Shown piece after piece: positions 55,918-57,405 of a DNA stretch of 57,405 nt. Below the pieces are notes generated by a model. That model worked only from the letters and a program-made list of their open reading frames with translations, did no database searches and had not been told where the DNA came from. The translations under genes were made by a program, and so were the position numbers. Positions within the stretch are counted from its first letter, which is position 1; each line of letters opens with the position of its first letter. Source of the stretch: a virus (taxonomy: Duplodnaviria > Caudoviricetes); IMG/VR virus record IMGVR_UViG_3300036834_000217, positions 1 to 57,405 of that record. One strand, given 5' to 3'.

Positions 55918-55984
55918 CTCACCTTATTGGCCGGTGCCGTTGATCCCAATGCCGACCGGCGATTAACTGGTAGTGGGTGCTCCA

Positions 55985-57405
55985 ATGCATCGATGGATTG
56001 TGACGATCATCATCGTGACGGCTGTTGCCCTAGCGTCCGCGGTCCTCGCGGTAGACACCGCGGCCCGCGCCGCGCCGTGGGGAAGTGGACTATTCATGTC
56101 GTCTGGTAAGATACCCCCGCCGACCATCGCCGGCATCAGCCCAGCTACTTGCTCATTCACGCAGGGCTCCGCGGGCTCCTGCAATCTGACCATCACGATG
56201 AGCCCGTTGACCCCTACCTTTGCAGCGCGCGGCGGCACGCTGTCGCTCGTCTCCGCGAACTCGGCGTGCCCCGGTTCTAACGACACGAGCAACTTCTCGA
56301 CTAGCAACAGTCCCTACGTACTGACCTACAATGGCACGGCGGCGGCGGGGTCCTACAAGGCATGCGTCCAGGCATCGGCGAGTGGCATCGCGAATGCCTA
56401 TCAGCAGATAGCCGTGACGGTGACCACGGGCGTGGTGGCGCTCGTGTTCAATAAGGGAGGTGATCGCCTTGATACTGGATCGTCGCCCTACACGGTCAGC
56501 TATGGCTTGGGGACCGGCTCCAAGCTGCTGATTGCGTTCCTGGAGTTCGCGAATTGTACGAGCCCGAGCATCACCTATGGCGGCGTTGCGATGATCAATC
56601 CGCCGAACGCGATCACCACGGTCGCGCAGGGCGGGAACAATCCAGTCGCGGGGTTCTATCTAATAAATCCCCCGACCTCCGGCAACTTCGTCGTCACCTG
56701 CCCGGGGGCGAACTTCCTGTATCTGATAGCCACGGATTACACCGACACGAATGGCGTGCCAGTCTTTGTCAGTGCTGGGAATTCCGTAGATCCAGTAGTC
56801 GAGGTCACGTACACGGATAGTTATACCAATCCTAGCGCGAACAATTTGATCATCATGGGGGCCGGCAACATTGGTAACTCGGCGGCTGGTCCAGTAGCCG
56901 GTGGGACTGGGGCCGTCCTGCGACAGGGCAATAAGTACAGTTCTGACGGATTATTCGACTCCGGAGGGGCCGTAGCCGCCGGGCCGTGGTCGATGACAGC
57001 CTCCGTCCAGGATAGCTCCAGCGGTGGTCCATTTTCAAACTCGAAGCAGAGCCGCGTCTACATGGCGTTCAACGCCGGCGGCCCACCGCCGCCGCCGACA
57101 ATTGGTACGGTCTCGCTGGCAACTCCGAACTTCGTCGTCCCGGCGGCGGCTGGGTCTCAGATCTCAGTGATCAACAATACCTGCCCGAACCAGGGGTGCT
57201 CCACGATAACGCACACCCTCGTCCAGACTGGCGGAGTGTGCAATGCGACAAACGGCGCGGACAACGCGCTGTTCGCGATCTCTGGGACTAACCTGAAAGT
57301 CGGCGGCACGGCAATTAGCACCGCGCGATCCTACGCGATTTGTGATCGCGCAGACCTCGCCGGAGCCACCGACACGCCGGTCTTCACGGCGCTGACGCCG
57401 ACCGG
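55985..57405 (+). CDS. Paralog of the preceding gene, running off the window end
   Basis: Read manually: ATG 55985, open to the end; MHRWIVTIIIVTAVALASAVLA...APWGSGLFMSSGK...CSFTQGSAGSCNLTITMSP. Confidence 0.75.
   Translation, partial: MHRWIVTIIIVTAVALASAVLAVDTAARAAPWGSGLFMSSGKIPPPTIAGISPATCSFTQGSAGSCNLTITMSPLTPTFAARGGTLSLVSANSACPGSNDTSNFSTSNSPYVLTYNGTAAAGSYKACVQASASGIANAYQQIAVTVTTGVVALVFNKGGDRLDTGSSPYTVSYGLGTGSKLLIAFLEFANCTSPSITYGGVAMINPPNAITTVAQGGNNPVAGFYLINPPTSGNFVVTCPGANFLYLIATDYTDTNGVPVFVSAGNSVDPVVEVTYTDSYTNPSANNLIIMGAGNIGNSAAGPVAGGTGAVLRQGNKYSSDGLFDSGGAVAAGPWSMTASVQDSSSGGPFSNSKQSRVYMAFNAGGPPPPPTIGTVSLATPNFVVPAAAGSQISVINNTCPNQGCSTITHTLVQTGGVCNATNGADNALFAISGTNLKVGGTAISTARSYAICDRADLAGATDTPVFTALTPT

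Noticed and set aside
54412-56425. Diversity-generating retroelement TR/VR pair
   Set aside because: No reverse transcriptase in the window, differences are not adenine-specific, and both copies are N-terminal coding modules.
1-57405. tRNA, rRNA, integrase, capsid or terminase genes
   Set aside because: None recognised in this window, so lifestyle (temperate or lytic) cannot be determined.

Overview
A 57 kb segment of a GC-rich contractile-tailed (myovirus-type) phage genome. The TTGCnn-N17-(C/T)AnnnT promoter style suggests an alphaproteobacterial host (inference). Layout: (i) 1-5.8 kb, baseplate and tail fibre genes. (ii) 5.8-9.8 kb, a leftward operon with a sigma-70-like gene, a nuclease-less IS110/Nop-domain protein and an unknown gene, interleaved with three arrays of ~36-nt units built from two alternating repeats (minus strand GAGCGAGCCG / GAGAGTACCG) and variable 8-9 nt spacers. 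A fourth, orphan array lies in the baseplate operon. This is a TIGR-Tas (TasA-type) RNA-guided system and the main find of the window. (iii) 10-45.7 kb, a rightward replication, recombination and nucleotide block: primase, a DNA methyltransferase with a complete HNH gene nested antisense inside it, DnaB-like helicase, radical SAM plus glycosyltransferase, clamp, split UDG-exonuclease/PolA, clamp loader, SSB, RecA, resolvase, Mre11/Rad50-like nuclease, ThyX and NrdJ with an HNH intein. (iv) 45.7-48.9 kb, leftward genes including an SNF2 helicase and a stand-alone RNAP alpha-CTD. (v) 49 kb to the end, a NusG paralog followed by five large proteins with signal-peptide-like N-termini. All calls come from motif recognition by eye; no database searches were run.
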